A stretch of 64,000 nt of DNA from Eledone cirrhosa (lineage: Eukaryota), in contig OZ024740.1 in assembly GCA_964016885.1 (NCBI GenBank), positions 426,994,001 through 427,058,000 of the forward strand. Reading direction: 5' to 3'. Below, in pieces: positions 38,486-52,038 of the stretch. Each line of letters begins with the position of its first letter. The first letter of the stretch is position 1. The notes below the pieces were generated by a model. That model saw only the letters and a program-made list of their open reading frames with translations, was not told the origin of the DNA and ran no database searches. A program made the translations under genes and the position numbers.

Positions 38486-39176
38486 GTGTACATATATATT
38501 TGTGTGAATAGGCATTGATATGATTTTATCATATGATCCTAGAATATATATTTATGGAAATACTAATAGGAACAACAGTTGATCCTATTACGTGTTTTGT
38601 GAAGTTGAGTAAATGTGAAGGTCATCACTAAAAGACTCACCATCTATTGTATGTGAATACATACCTATTGGATTATGATGATTTAGCTTTAGAGGTCATT
38701 ACATCTGTAGATGTAAAAACTAATGTTAAGTTAAAAGCTCATACATTAGATCTAAATTTGATACCCTTACCAGTATTTCAAGTCAATACATCTAGGGGTG
38801 GATGAAGACTTGGTTGTAGAAGGCCTCGTCAATTAACAGAACACAAACTGAACTGAGTATTTCACCGGGAGCTCCTAAATAGTATTGTTTCCTTTGCTCA
38901 CTTGAATGAATTACATTTTTCAACTCTATTTACCATGTAGTTTATTTTACTTCCATCATATCGTCTTTTGTCTGAACTTTTGAAAAGTGTTTAAAAAGAC
39001 TTTTCTAGTTTTTGTGAAGCAGATGTTGTTTTTGGCGTCGCGAAAAAATGTCTCCTTTCGTCTATTTCCTGTCTGTGTACCTTGTACATTATGTGTTAGA
39101 ACTCTTTGTTTAATAATGATTAAGGGACGATGGAGACATCGTTGTTCGTTTATACGATGTCTCACGTCTGTAGATC

Positions 39177-39246
39177 TTATATTTCGATCATCTGCCATTG
39201 TGTGAACTTCATCATGACACTGTTAAATTGCAGCCGCCGTAGATTT
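39177..39246 (-). CDS. Possible terminal coding exon of an unidentified host gene (..NLRRLQFNSVMMKFTQWQMIEI*)
   Basis: Strong acceptor TTTTTTTCCTTTTTCTATCTGCTTACAG immediately upstream; protein-like peptide ending in TAA; non-repetitive downstream sequence. Confidence 0.45.
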
Positions 39247-39301
39247 CTGTAAGCAGATAGAAAAAGGAAAAAAATCAACACAAAATCAGAAATTGAGAAT
39301 G

Positions 39302-39378
<77 letters not shown>

Positions 39379-40306
39379 CAAAGCTATCAGAAAGCTTCGT
39401 ACATTATCTCTTATCCTGCTGGAAATTCCATATGTTGAAGAATATAATGTTTTTGTGCGCAATTAATAGTTTTTGGAATATATATTCTTGTAGAATATCA
39501 ACAACATTATCCTGATTGATATTATTCATTATCAACATGAACTTAGAAAGCATGATATTGAACGTTTATAGATCAAAATTATATATATAGATGAAAATTA
39601 TACAGCAATAATCAACGCTCCAAAGTATGCATTAATGAACATGCTAGAAAAATGAATGTTTAAGTTGAAACACCAATACTTGAAAGAAGATGAAACAAAG
39701 GCGTTTGACAACCCCCATATTTATACCAAACTATATATATATAATGAATATCGATATGTAATGTGTATCTATATGTAATGTTTACCGATAGAGGCTTTTT
39801 CGTTGATTTAGGATTTAAATCTTTACAGATTTATAGAAATGTTTGTTTTTTTATTGTTTTTTCATAAATTATTTTTTATTTCGTAATATTTTCTGTTTAT
39901 CCAACCTCTAAATTTCGTTATTTTCAAAAATTTCATCGTATTTCTATAAATAATCATTATTCAGGGATGGCGGTGATGGAAGCTCTTCGGGTTTTACATG
40001 AATATATTTCTTCGTTTATCTGTTCAAATCTATATTTTATTAGAATTTTCTTTCATTTTCTCTATTCTATATTTTTCCTTATTACGAACAATTAAATGAA
40101 TAAAAACTATTGATGCAATAACAACAATACCCAACAGAATCCCATTAGCAGCAGATATAAAATACGAAGCAAACGAAAAAAAAAATTAAATACAAATTTT
40201 GAATAAATAAACAATCAAATTCAAACAAAAGTAAACGTATATATTTGTATAGAAACACTATTAAGAAAACAGAAAAATATCGACTGCTATAAAACAAAAC
40301 AATTTA

Positions 40307-40386
40307 TTGGGTTGTAACATAAATTCCCGCCGTCATTTTATTAAGAAGTTTTATAATAACGGCGGCAATCTATGTTACAACCTAAT
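40307..40386. repeat. ~80-bp imperfect hairpin
   Basis: GGTTGTAACATAAATTCCCGCCGT / ACGGCGGCAATCTATGTTACAACC. Confidence 0.7.
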
Positions 40387-40682
40387 ACATAGAAAAAATA
40401 TTATACATATCTACAAAATTGTTTTCGTTTTCCACTTCAGTGTGTAATGTTTAACACGTCAGTAACTGAACTAAAATAACAGACTTGCTTGAAACATTAC
40501 ATTTATCTACAAAGCTAGTCAGTTTTACCAGTTTCTACATGTAATCTTTTTTAGATGTTAATGTAATGAGTAGGTGTATCTTATTGAAACATGTTAACTT
40601 TGGAATCAAAATGACAAACGAAGAGATGAAAGACAACCCCTACAATATATATATAAACATACATATATATATATATATATAT

Positions 40683-41280
40683 AAATTGTTATACTTGGGG
40701 AGGGGAGGGTCATATTTGTGTAATATTGCCAGCATTAATAACAGAACACACTCACTCTTTGGTTGGTTTTCGATTTTCGCTTCTGTGATTTTTATATCGG
40801 TAATCTAATTTATTCGGTCCTCAATGTTGCCATTGACTGACCAACGGTCAAAGATAATACAGATACAATATAGACACAAACACATATATATAGTTTATCA
40901 AAGTTCTTTCCTTGCACATCTGCAACATCGTCAGTGCAAAAGATGGCGTAGAAAATACAATGCAACACGAGGAAACATAATAGCACCACTGACGATGTTG
41001 CAGATGTGCAAGGAAAGAACTTTGATAAACTATATATATGTGTTTGTGTCTATATTGTATCTGTATTTTTGACCGTTGGTCAGTTAATGGTAACATTGAG
41101 GACCGAATACATTAGATTACCGATATAAAAGACACAGAAGCGAAAAGCGAAAACCAACCAAACAGTGAGTGTGTTCTGTTATTAATTCTGGCAATATTAT
41201 TACACAAATATTACCCTCCCCATGTATAACAATATTTGTTTCGACACACACGATTTCATATCAAAGACCTCGCAAAACTA

Positions 41281-41282
<2 letters not shown>
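40683..41282 (+). mobile_element. Fold-back element (~250-bp arms); each arm begins at an HHR-like core
   Basis: 40685-40936 inverted at 40987-41230; CTGACGA-tgTTGCA gatg TGCAAg-GAAAG-AA-CTT at 40989-41022. Confidence 0.82.
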
Positions 41283-41359
<77 letters not shown>

Positions 41360-41547
41360 GGAACACTGTTGGCTTATATATATATATTATGGAATACTAA
41401 TGGTTTTCGCTACAATGTTTTCTATACCTTTCATTTATATATATATAAATATATATATGTATATATGGAATTCCTTTTATTAATATAATCTTTTATACAC
41501 AATCATACACACCCGTGTATATTTATTTATATCTATATATCTATATG

Positions 41548-44433
41548 TATTAGAAAGATCGAGTATCGAAAAATCGGCGCACGAGTTCACGATAAACAAA
41601 ATTCGAAATGAGCGGCAGAGGGCTCAATAATTCAGATGAATCAGAGCTATAACTATCGTTAAAATACCGTCTCATATAGAACAAGTCTACAATCAACCAT
41701 ACGATAAAAAATCGATAAAGGAAGATTCGGGACAAACAGATAAAAAATATCAATAAAACAATACATCAATAATTTAAATGAATGTAAAATCATACCCGGA
41801 CCCACTAGAAAGGTGTTAAATCTAGCTTCATGGGTTTCTGTAAATCCTTAGACTGTACTCTATCAGCTCACATATAAATATAAAAGCCTACTAGAGTAAG
41901 CGGAACGGAGTTTACTTTCTCAACGAGCTTTTTTCCTAGCGGAAAAGGGGCCAACTACCAGTGAAAAACGCACATGGCATTAGACAAGGGAGATAACCCC
42001 TATATCCGCGAAAACAATTCGAGGGAATGTGGAAATACACATATCGAATAAGAGTGCTCAATAGACATGTTAAAATAAAACAAAAGCTATTCATCACTCA
42101 ATAGAATCGACAAAAAATGAGCAATAAAATTAACTGGTGGATAGCTATGTCCAGAGCTAAAAATATTAGAAAGATCGAGTATCGAAAAATCGGCGCACGA
42201 GTTCACGATAAACAAAATTCGAAATGAGCGGCAGAGGGCTCAATAATTCAGATGAATCAGAGCTATAACTATCGTTAAAATACCGTCTCATATAGAACAA
42301 GTCTACAATCAACCATACGATAAAAAATCGATAAAGGAAGATTCGGGACAAACAGATAAAAAATATCAATAAAACAATACATCAATAATTTAAATGAATG
42401 TAAAATCATACCCGGACCCACTAGAAAGGTGTTAAATCTAGCTTCATGGGTTTCTGTAAATCCTTAGACTGTACTCTATCAGCTCACATATAAATATAAA
42501 AGCCTACTAGAGTAAGCGGAACGGAGTTTACTTTCTCAACGAGCTTTTTTCCTAGCGGAAAAGGGGCCAACTACCAGTGAAAAACGCACATGGCATTAGA
42601 CAAGGGAGATAACCCCTATATCCGCGAAAACAATTCGAGGGAATGTGGAAATACACATATCGAATAAGAGTGCTCAATAGACATGTTAAAATAAAACAAA
42701 AGCTATTCATCACTCAATAGAATCGACAAAAAATGAGCAATAAAATTAACTGGTGGATAGCTATGTCCAGAGCTAAAAATATTAGAAAGATCGAGTATCG
42801 AAAAATCGGCGCACGAGTTCACGATAAACAAAATTCGAAATGAGCGGCAGAGGGCTCAATAATTCAGATGAATCAGAGCTATAACTATCGTTAAAATACC
42901 GTCACATATAGAACAAGTCTACAATCAACCATACGATAAAAAATCGATAAAGGAAGATTCGGGACAAACAGATAAAAAATATCAATAAAACAATACATCA
43001 ATAATTTAAATGAATGTAAAATCATACCCGGACCCACTAGAAAGGTGTTAAATCTAGCTTCATGGGTTTCTGTAAATCCTTAGACTGTACTCTATCAGCT
43101 CACATATAAATATAAAAGCCTACTAGAGTAAGCGGAACGGAGTTTACTTTCTCAACGAGCTTTTTTCCTAGCGGAAAAGGGGCCAACTACCAGTGAAAAA
43201 CGCACATGGCATTAGACAAGGGAGATAACCCCTATATCCGCGAAAACAATTCGAGGGAATGTGGAAATACACATATCGAATAAGAGTGCTCAATAGACAT
43301 GTTAAAATAAAACAAAAGCTATTCATCACTCAATAGAATCGACAAAAAATGAGCAATAAAATTAACTGGTGGATAGCTATGTCCAGAGCTAAAAATATTA
43401 GAAAGATCGAGTATCGAAAAATCGGCGCACGAGTTCACGATAAACAAAATTCGAAATGAGCGGCAGAGGGCTCAATAATTCAGATGAATCAGAGCTATAA
43501 CTATCGTTAAAATACCGTCACATATAGAACAAGTCTACAATCAACCATACGATAAAAAATCGATAAAGGAAGATTCGGGACAAACAGATAAAAAATATCA
43601 ATAAAACAATACATCAATAATTTAAATGAATGTAAAATCATACCCGGACCCACTAGAAAGGTGTTAAATCTAGCTTCATGGGTTTCTGTAAATCCTTAGA
43701 CTGTACTCTATCAGCTCACATATAAATATAAAAGCCTACTAGAGTAAGCGGAACGGAGTTTACTTTCTCAACGAGCTTTTTTCCTAGCGGAAAAGGGGCC
43801 AACTACCAGTGAAAAACGCACATGGCATTAGACAAGGGAGATAACCCCTATATCCGCGAAAACAATTCGAGGGAATGTGGAAATACACATATCGAATAAG
43901 AGTGCTCAATAGACATGTTAAAATAAAACAAAAGCTATTCATCACTCAATAGAATCGACAAAAAATGAGCAATAAAATTAACTGGTGGATAGCTATGTCC
44001 AGAGCTAAAAATATTAGAAAGATCGAGTATCGAAAAATCGGCGCACGAGTTCACGATAAACAAAATTCGAAATGAGCGGCAGAGGGCTCAATAATTCAGA
44101 TGAATCAGAGCTATAACTATCGTTAAAATACCGTCACATATAGAACAAGTCTACAATCAACCATACGATAAAAAATCGATAAAGGAAGATTCGGGACAAA
44201 CAGATAAAAAATATCAATAAAACAATACATCAATAATTTAAATGAATGTAAAATCATACCCGGACCCACTAGAAAGGTGTTAAATCTAGCTTCATGGGTT
44301 TCTGTAAATCCTTAGACTGTACTCTATCAGCTCACATATAAATATAAAAGCCTACTAGAGTAAGCGGAACGGAGTTTACTTTCTCAACGAGCTTTTTTCC
44401 TAGCGGAAAAGGGGCCAACTACCAGTGAAAAAC
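41548..44433. repeat. 616-bp tandem array, ~4.7 near-identical copies
   Basis: Unit starts at 41548, 42164, 42780, 43396, 44012; one visible variant (CCGTCTCATA in units 1-2, CCGTCACATA in units 3-5). Confidence 0.97.
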
Positions 44434-44441
44434 TATATGTA

Positions 44442-44646
44442 TATAGGAAAACGTATGATCCCGACGGCAGACCTCAAGCCGTTTCGACGGCTATTTCTGG
44501 ACTAATTTAGTCCAGAAATAGCCGTCGAAACGGCTTGAGCTCTGCCGTCGGGGGTCATACTTTTTTCTATTTCCCACTCTACTGTCCTAAGTATGGAGTA
44601 TTCTGGTGCGTTATGGTCCATCTGGTACCTTACCACAATTCCTTTG

Positions 44647-44648
<2 letters not shown>
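44442..44648 (+). mobile_element. Fold-back mini-element with tail (same family as 31733-31908)
   Basis: Hairpin centred on ~44506 (GGACTAATTTAGTCC); shared tail; ends in (TA)n. Confidence 0.8.
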
Positions 44649-44711
<63 letters not shown>

Positions 44712-44891
44712 TTATTGCTCGCACCAACCTGAGGTATATGATTTTTAATGCGATGAAATACCAATGATGGTTGGAAAATCACTGACGAAGGACTATTTTT
44801 ATCATATGTACCCCATGAGCAACGACGCAGTATTCTTCTTTCTTCTCATGTTTTATATATATATATATATACATATAAACATACATTTTTA

Positions 44892-44936
<45 letters not shown>

Positions 44937-44938
<2 letters not shown>

Positions 44939-45363
44939 TCATTAGTTAAGCAAAACAACACCACAAATTTCCACTGAACCAGATCAATTATGATATATAG
45001 TCATCTGATCCAGAAATATTATATGGAGTAGCGAAACAATTGTAAACGGACATTATTATTATCAATATTATTATTATTATTATTATTATTCTCTACATTC
45101 CTTACATCAAACTAAAATATGTTGACAATCTTTTAATAATGTCTTCCTTGTGAACTTTGTGGTCTTGTTTTGCTTAACTAATGAATATTTCCAGCTCTGC
45201 GCACCTAACTTCTGCATGAACCCAGCTACCTGGCTGCTTTCTACTGCATATTGCACATTGAGCACATGCTTTTACGCTTTGGCTTCTAACTAATTCACCA
45301 ATCTCTCCTCTCATATCTCCTCTCCTATCTCCATCTCTCGCTTTAAGATTGGTTACTCTTGAA

Positions 45364-45367
<4 letters not shown>
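44937..45367 (+). mobile_element. Element with short inverted arms and a tail, between (TA)n tracts
   Basis: CATTAGTTAAGCAAAACAA.ACCACAAA inverted at ~45157-45184. Confidence 0.55.
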
Positions 45368-45451
<84 letters not shown>

Positions 45452-45562
45452 ATATGTATATATGTATGTACGTTTGTATGTATGAATGTATGTATGTATG
45501 AATGTATGTATGTGGAAAAATTCAACGGCCATCCAGAAATGTGTATATGTGTATATACATGT

Positions 45563-46894
45563 ATGCATAAAACATTGATAGAATTTAATGACCAACTATG
45601 GACCAGAGCAGATAGAGATAGCAATTTTGACATTACTATGGGATCATCCGACTCAGCTCAGGTAACTGACCTTGTGGGCTTATTTTTAATCAATTCGCTA
45701 CATAGGAAAATACCTGGTACTACCGGAGGTTTATATAGGGATGACATGCTTTTACTTATTAATAATAATAACCCTGAACTAAATAGAAAATGTAAACAAA
45801 TTACAAAATTTTTTAATTACTTTAACCTTAAAATAGAAATTGAGAACAACCATAGAATAGTCAATTTCCTAGATATAACATTAAATCTCAACACACGTCT
45901 CCACTATCCTTTTCACAAGTTGAATGAAAACTTAAACTATGTCAACTTTAACTCTAACCACCCCAGATCTGTCAAAAACACTATAGTAAACTCAGTTCAA
46001 AAACGTATCTCTAGGATCTCGTCGAATAGAAAGATTTTCGACGAAAAGGCCCAATACTATAATGAAGCATTAGCTAGGGCAGGATATGCTGATAAGATTG
46101 TGTACATAGATAATGATAGACAAACTAAACAAAGTAACAACTTTTTTAATTACGGCTACAACATTAACAACTATAATAGAAAGCATCACAATAATTCCAA
46201 AGGCCAAAAAAGAAATAGAACTAGGAACATAATTTGGTTTGCCCCCCCTTTCTCACTAAACATTAAAACCCACATCGCTAAATTATTTTTCAAAGCTCTT
46301 GATAATCGCTTCCCTAGAACACATAGGTATCACTCAATTTTCAATAGGCATACAATTAAATTAACCTACTCATCCACCAAAAATTTAGCACAAAATATTA
46401 ATAGGATAAATAATAGGAACTTAAAACCTAGTGATAATAGCATAAATAATATACAATTTAACAAATGTAACTGTAGAGATAGATCTAAATGTCCGTTAAA
46501 TAACAACTGCTTAGTTAAAAATATAGTATACAATTGTAATGTTAATACTGACTCTAATTCTTTTAATTACGTCGGTTCCACATCGACGGAATTTAAACTT
46601 CGCTATAATAACCACAAGAATTCTTTCACAGATCCAAGTAAAAAATCTTCAACGGCACTATCAGGCGTACTCTGGCAACTTAAGGTAGATAACGTTAGAT
46701 ATTCGACGGTTTGGAATATAGTTTCAAGAGGGATTCCTTTTAATTCATCCTCTGAGACATGTGACCTCTGCGCAGAGGAGATATTCTTTATACTAAAATC
46801 TAAAAATTCCCTTAACCTACGGACAAATTTATTCAGTTGTTGCAAACATAGATTAAACTCAACGTTTAAATATAAATTTAAATTTAAAATGTAG
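45563..46894 (+). CDS. Naiad-type Penelope-like RT (C-half) plus GIY-YIG endonuclease, 5'-truncated, 443 aa uninterrupted
   Basis: [91 protein letters not shown]. Confidence 0.95.
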   Translation: MHKTLIEFNDQLWTRADRDSNFDITMGSSDSAQVTDLVGLFLINSLHRKIPGTTGGLYRDDMLLLINNNNPELNRKCKQITKFFNYFNLKIEIENNHRIVNFLDITLNLNTRLHYPFHKLNENLNYVNFNSNHPRSVKNTIVNSVQKRISRISSNRKIFDEKAQYYNEALARAGYADKIVYIDNDRQTKQSNNFFNYGYNINNYNRKHHNNSKGQKRNRTRNIIWFAPPFSLNIKTHIAKLFFKALDNRFPRTHRYHSIFNRHTIKLTYSSTKNLAQNINRINNRNLKPSDNSINNIQFNKCNCRDRSKCPLNNNCLVKNIVYNCNVNTDSNSFNYVGSTSTEFKLRYNNHKNSFTDPSKKSSTALSGVLWQLKVDNVRYSTVWNIVSRGIPFNSSSETCDLCAEEIFFILKSKNSLNLRTNLFSCCKHRLNSTFKYKFKFKM

Positions 46895-48335
46895 TATATT
46901 TAGTTTGATTTATATTTATATGGGAAACTAGCCGATAAATTTTTGATTCCTAAATTTTTGATTCCTTCTTTATTCTTTTTTTTATTGTTTATTTTTATTT
47001 TTATTTTATTTTTATTTAAACATTCCTCATGAAAAATTAAGCTACCCTAAAAGCTGATGCTCCAAATTTTTTGAATAAACCTTACACTAGATAAACTTCT
47101 ATATTAAATATAAGAACATATGTAGACCAATTTGGACACCATAGACTTTTTGAAATGATCTTTGCTAGATGTGATTTGATAGATAATTTTTGGCTTTGTC
47201 TTGTAATGAACTTGGCAATATATTGTCAATTAATTTTGAAGGGTTGATCTTTGTGGTTATTTTTATTTTTATTTTTATTTTTTATTATTGTAGTATTTTA
47301 TAATATTTTTTATTTTTTATTTTTATTTTTAATATCTTTAATATGTAAATTTTTAATACGTAATATTTTTTAATACGTAATATTTTTAATATGTAATATT
47401 TTTATTATGTAATATTCTTTCGTAATATTTTTTTAGTTTTCTATTTTATTTTATTACTTATTTTTACTTATTATTATTATTGCTATCTTTTTTATTTTTT
47501 TAGTTATATTTTTTTAGTTTTGTTTCTGATATATATTTTTATTAGTATATTGAAATCTGCTCTCTATTTCTGCTTGATAGATAATCTTGTTGAGTAAAGA
47601 CAGGAATAATAATTAATACACATATATGTATGCTCAAATTTTTATACCACATTGAGAATGTTTTCCGTGAACTTAGAGTTTGCAGGGTGAATCATGTGGA
47701 TTCGCATTGATGTTTGTAGCTGTCACATAAACATATGAATTTTTTAAAACTAAACATAAGATAATTAATGTTCACACACTTTGGGTACTTGTCTCATTCA
47801 GGAATACTGATATTTACATTATAGTCTAAGTTTTATAAATACTAATACATTAAAACATAGGGTTTTTACGCCTCGAATATATCTGGCTATTTTTAAATTT
47901 TTTTCTCTCGCTATCTTTTCCTCTCTCTATATTCTTTTCTCTCTCTATATATCTCCCTTACATTAATACTTGAGCTAAATAAATAAATAAATAAATAAAT
48001 GTATCATTGATACATTTACTCAAAATGACCTCCCACTACCTAATTTTCTATATATATATGTATCTATCTCTATTTCCTCTCTCTCTATATATATATATAT
48101 CTCTTTCTGTTTCTTTACATGAAGTTCTTCGCTTTATCTATCTTTCCCTCTCTCTATTTTGTTCCATGCATTTCTTCTTTTTCTTCCTTTTCTTCGTTTT
48201 CTGTCTTTCTTTCTTTTTCTCTTTTTCTTTCTCTCTGTGTAAAATTTTTTCACTGCCAGCGTAAACCTCTCCAAATGGAAGTCGGTGTTTATAACGGTAT
48301 GTCGAATATATTTATCTATAAAACTGTTTATATTG

Positions 48336-48401
48336 TATTTTGTCTGAGGAAGGCATAGCATATTGTTAATATGATATCCCCGAAATATATATAATGAAAT
48401 A
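48336..48401 (+). ncRNA. Minimal hammerhead ribozyme in the pLTR
   Basis: TATTTTGT-CTGAGGA-...CATATT gtt AATATG...-GAAA-TATATA-TA-ATGAAATA. Confidence 0.7.
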
Positions 48402-48531
48402 AATATGGTTTTATAAATATAGTTTCCATTTATTTAATATTGTAAATATACTCCAAATATTTGTCGAGTGCTTTTATATCAGTTATAAATATTTACTAGT
48501 TGTAACCCAACAATTTTAAATATAACTTTCC

Positions 48532-48590
<59 letters not shown>

Positions 48591-48591
<1 letters not shown>

Positions 48592-49525
48592 TAGCAGCAG
48601 TACCCAGCGTTGCCTGGTTAGGTAAAATAATATTTGCTTTGATGAAAAGGTGTTGATCTTAGCGACTGCTTCTCGATGACCACACTTCATCTATGGCCAC
48701 ACACAGGCGATGCGGCGGAGGGTGGTGATGACCTCTATCACCTAGAAATGCACGAAATGGTTGAAAAATGTGGGAGTTAATGATAGGTCGCCGTCCCTGA
48801 ACAAAAAAATGGAAAGTGTAAAGCTACTATAAGATGTGCAATGATAGTTTCTATCGTAGTATAAAAGTTGAACCACATAAATTGATTTACGTGTGAGGTA
48901 GAGCCGAAGTTTCGAATTTGAACGAAATCGGTTGAAAAATGATGGAGCTAGAGTCGAAAAGGCGGACATTTGAGCGAAAAGGTGGTATTTTTGAATATTT
49001 AAGCGGCTGCCACGAACGTTCTGGGAACAAAAATCCAAAATATAAAGCCACTTCAAGACGTGAAATAATCAGATCTAACTTAGTGTAAAATTTGAACAAA
49101 GTAGGTTGATTAATGTGGGAGCAAGAGCCGAAAAAGTGGACATTTGAGTCTAAAAGTGGTACTTTTGAATATTTAAGCGTCTGCCACGCCGTCCCTGAAA
49201 AACAAATGCAAAATAGAAAGCTATTACAGGATGTGCAATAATAAATTCTATTTTGCTTTAAAATTTGAACGAAATCGGTGGCAAAATGTGGGAGCTAGAG
49301 CCAAAAATCTTATTTTTCGATACCTAAAAAAAGGTGACCCCCTATCGATTTTTATCTGCAGAATGACCCCGGAATAAAAAAAAACATACGCTGATATATG
49401 GAAAACACTCCCCGATGACTAATCTATGAGCCTGTAAATTTTCATGAAAATCGGTCGTAAGATGTAGGCCCCTATAGGTAATACACAGACACAGAGACAC
49501 ACACTTACTTAATTTTATATATAGA
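48591..49525 (-). mobile_element. Non-autonomous Helitron-like element with internal ~172-bp subrepeats
   Basis: Minus strand starts TCTATATATAAAA and ends in hairpin ACCAGGCAACGCTGGGT then CTAG|T; repeated AATTTGAACGAAATCGGT.G.AAAATGTGGGAGCTAGAG. Confidence 0.75.
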
Positions 49526-49528
49526 CAG

Positions 49529-49672
<144 letters not shown>

Positions 49673-50161
49673 AAAAGGTAAACAGAAATATATATATATA
49701 TATATATACATAGACATATATATTGTGAATTATGACCACGATATTTCAAAGTTCCGGAGCCGTTTATAATAGGCGTGAAACGTATTTATTAAGACACCAA
49801 TTAATGCCACTTCATTCTCTGCCCTGATCATCTTTCCTATCCGACATAGCATCCCTTTATTTTTAATTTGATGTGACGTTTATGGTTCCAGCTGTGCTAG
49901 AGTATAAACCAGTCGTGTATGACTAGCTTTACACACGTACATACATCGTTCAAGCTGCTCTACTTATTTTAGTTTCCATGTGTACTTCCAGATAAGTTGT
50001 ATGTCCCACCATTTTATCTAAGCAACTCTGAATTATGGAGTCGGTGCATATATCTGTTGATGAGCACGGTATTGGTATCACGTCGTATTTAATGAGTTAT
50101 TTTCTTCAGCAAGACATTTGTTTAATCCACTTTCAAGGGAAATGTTTAATATTATTTTCCC

Positions 50162-50349
50162 TGGTCGGTGGATTCGCAGTATCGGTAGAGGGTCTGAAAC
50201 CATGCTTTGACGCATAGAGTTACGGCCCTTGCCATTCTGAGTTCAAATCCCGCCGAGGTTAACTTTGCCTTTCATCCTTACGGGGTCGATAAAATAAAGT
50301 ACCAGTAATGCACTGGGTAATTGCTGGCCTTGTGCCAAAATTAGAAACA
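50162..50349 (+). mobile_element. Family A SINE
   Basis: Matches the family A consensus. Confidence 0.88.
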
Positions 50350-50552
50350 AACAATATTATTCTCCCTGATATCCAACATAAACCTAAATTGTACACGCTT
50401 TGTAATTGGTAATATCTAATCATCGTTGCTATCTAAACATTTTGGTAGCTGCTCAATACATACAATGTGAATTATATTCAAATCTGGAATCCTCGATAAT
50501 CGTTTGTAACACATAGTATTTATTATATTAGGCTCACTTAATTATATGGTGA

Positions 50553-50790
50553 AGGCTTAGTGGTTAAAGCATTGGGCTTGCAATCGAAAGGTTGTGAGTT
50601 CAATTCTCGGACCGGATGATGTGTAGTTTCCTTGAGCAAGACACTTTATTTCACGTTTCTCCAGTTTACTCAGCTGTAGAAATGCGATGATAGGACTGGG
50701 GTCCATATCATTAAATCATCCAAGACACCTCCAACGAGATATACCTTGCAGGAGGCCAGCTAAACCTGCATAGCTGTCATACACACACGC
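50553..50790 (+). mobile_element. Family B SINE
   Basis: Near-copy of 6168-6415 including the AAGACACCTCCAACGAGATAT tail. Confidence 0.8.
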
Positions 50791-51179
50791 TTAATTATAT
50801 GATTTTCAGTAGCATTTTGGAAATCATACAAAGTCGTTTTTTAACCAGCGATAGTTTTTATAATTCCCCAAAATTTTTAGATGCAATAAGTACGAATAAC
50901 GCCGTTGTTAAGTGAGATCTAAACAAGCTGGAGGGTACTTGGCAAAGCTTATAGTCACTTCCTACACATGCGTCATTTTTATTAAATTTGGATTAGCTCT
51001 ATTGATGCCATGTTTAGATGTAAGGCCAAACGTGCGTAACGTGTAGAGGATATACATATTCAAATAACTTGACGAATATTGAAACGATAACATTGATTTC
51101 AACTTTTTACTTGACACCAATGGATTGAAGAAAGATGTACTATTTTCAACTGCATATTTAAGTCTAATATCTGTCCCGA

Positions 51180-51390
51180 GCCCGGTGGTTCATCAGGCCT
51201 GCCCTTATCCTGGTTGCCGTGCCGTCAATCGACTGTAAGTACAAGATTCCCCGTTGTATATGATGTCAGTCTATCGCCGAGTTAAACCCCCAGCTATTGC
51301 TAGTACTCATTTTATGTTACGTGAAATAAATTGTTTTGCTCAAGAACATAACACAACCCAATCCAGGAATCGAATCTGATACCATTTCAA
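51180..51390 (-). mobile_element. Decayed SINE related to 20255-20530
   Basis: TACTCATTTT, CGTGAAATAAA, GCTCAAGAACA, CAGGAATCGAA in reverse orientation. Confidence 0.55.
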
Positions 51391-51491
51391 CGATCATCAG
51401 TTTCCTTCTTTGATGTCCAAATATAAACATCATGGAACCTAATAGAATCTACTGAGCTCGCACTACATACTATTGTTCATTGTTAAAATAA

Positions 51492-51873
51492 GTGGATTGG
51501 CAGTATCGGTAGAAGGTCGGACGCCATGCTTTGGAGCAAAGAGTTACGGCTCTTTATGGTCTGAGTTCAAATCCCGCCGAGGTTAACTTTGCCTTTCATC
51601 CTTACAGGGTCGATAAAATAAAGTAGCAGTAATACACTGGGATAATTGCTGGCCTTGTGCCACAAGTAGAAACAATTATTAAAATAAGGTGGTGGATTGG
51701 CAGAATCTGTAGAGTGCTAGACACAATGCTTTGCAGCATAGACTTACGGCCCTTTACTTTCAGAGTTCAAATCCCTTCGAGATTAAGTTTGTCTTTCATC
51801 CTTATGTGGTCGATAAAATAAAGCACCAGTAATGCATTGGGGGTAATTGCTGACATTGTGCCAAAAGTAGAAA
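51492..51873 (+). mobile_element. Two head-to-tail family A SINEs
   Basis: Copies at ~51492-51675 and ~51687-51873. Confidence 0.88.
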
Positions 51874-52038
51874 TAATTATTATAACAACGAGATTTAGGG
51901 ATGATATTAGCTTCAGCGGGATTTGAAATTAGTTGCTAAAATACTATTATATTTTTACTCGGATCCTCTACTGTGTTGCTCGTTACTAAGGGAAATATTT
52001 ATATCTTACCAGAAAAATTACTAGATATTTATACCACT

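Larger units (their letters stand above)
45563..48533 (+). mobile_element. Naiad-type PLE including AT-rich 3' region, pLTR with HHR and tail
   Basis: ORF followed, with no long (TA)n break, by the HHR-bearing repeat, ending at (TA)n; linkage of ORF and pLTR is inferred. Confidence 0.65.

Noticed and set aside
38956-39198. 80-aa ATG-initiated ORF
   Set aside because: No recognisable motif; the alternative frame after the splice acceptor looks more protein-like
41550-42369. 67-aa ORFs in the 616-bp repeat
   Set aside because: No motif, TTG start, and disrupted by the single variant in later units
45003-45050. GAAACAATTGTA as a minimal hammerhead
   Set aside because: Palindromic 3' half is present, but there is no CUGANGA core or stem II
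45359-45562. N-terminal YIYIYI extension of the 511-aa ORF
   Set aside because: Translation of the (TA)n/(TATG)n tract that happens to be in frame; homology starts near 45563
45563-46894. Selenoprotein-type Naiad (in-frame UGA at Cys positions)
   Set aside because: Conserved Cys positions here and at 10788-11490 are ordinary Cys codons with no in-frame UGA
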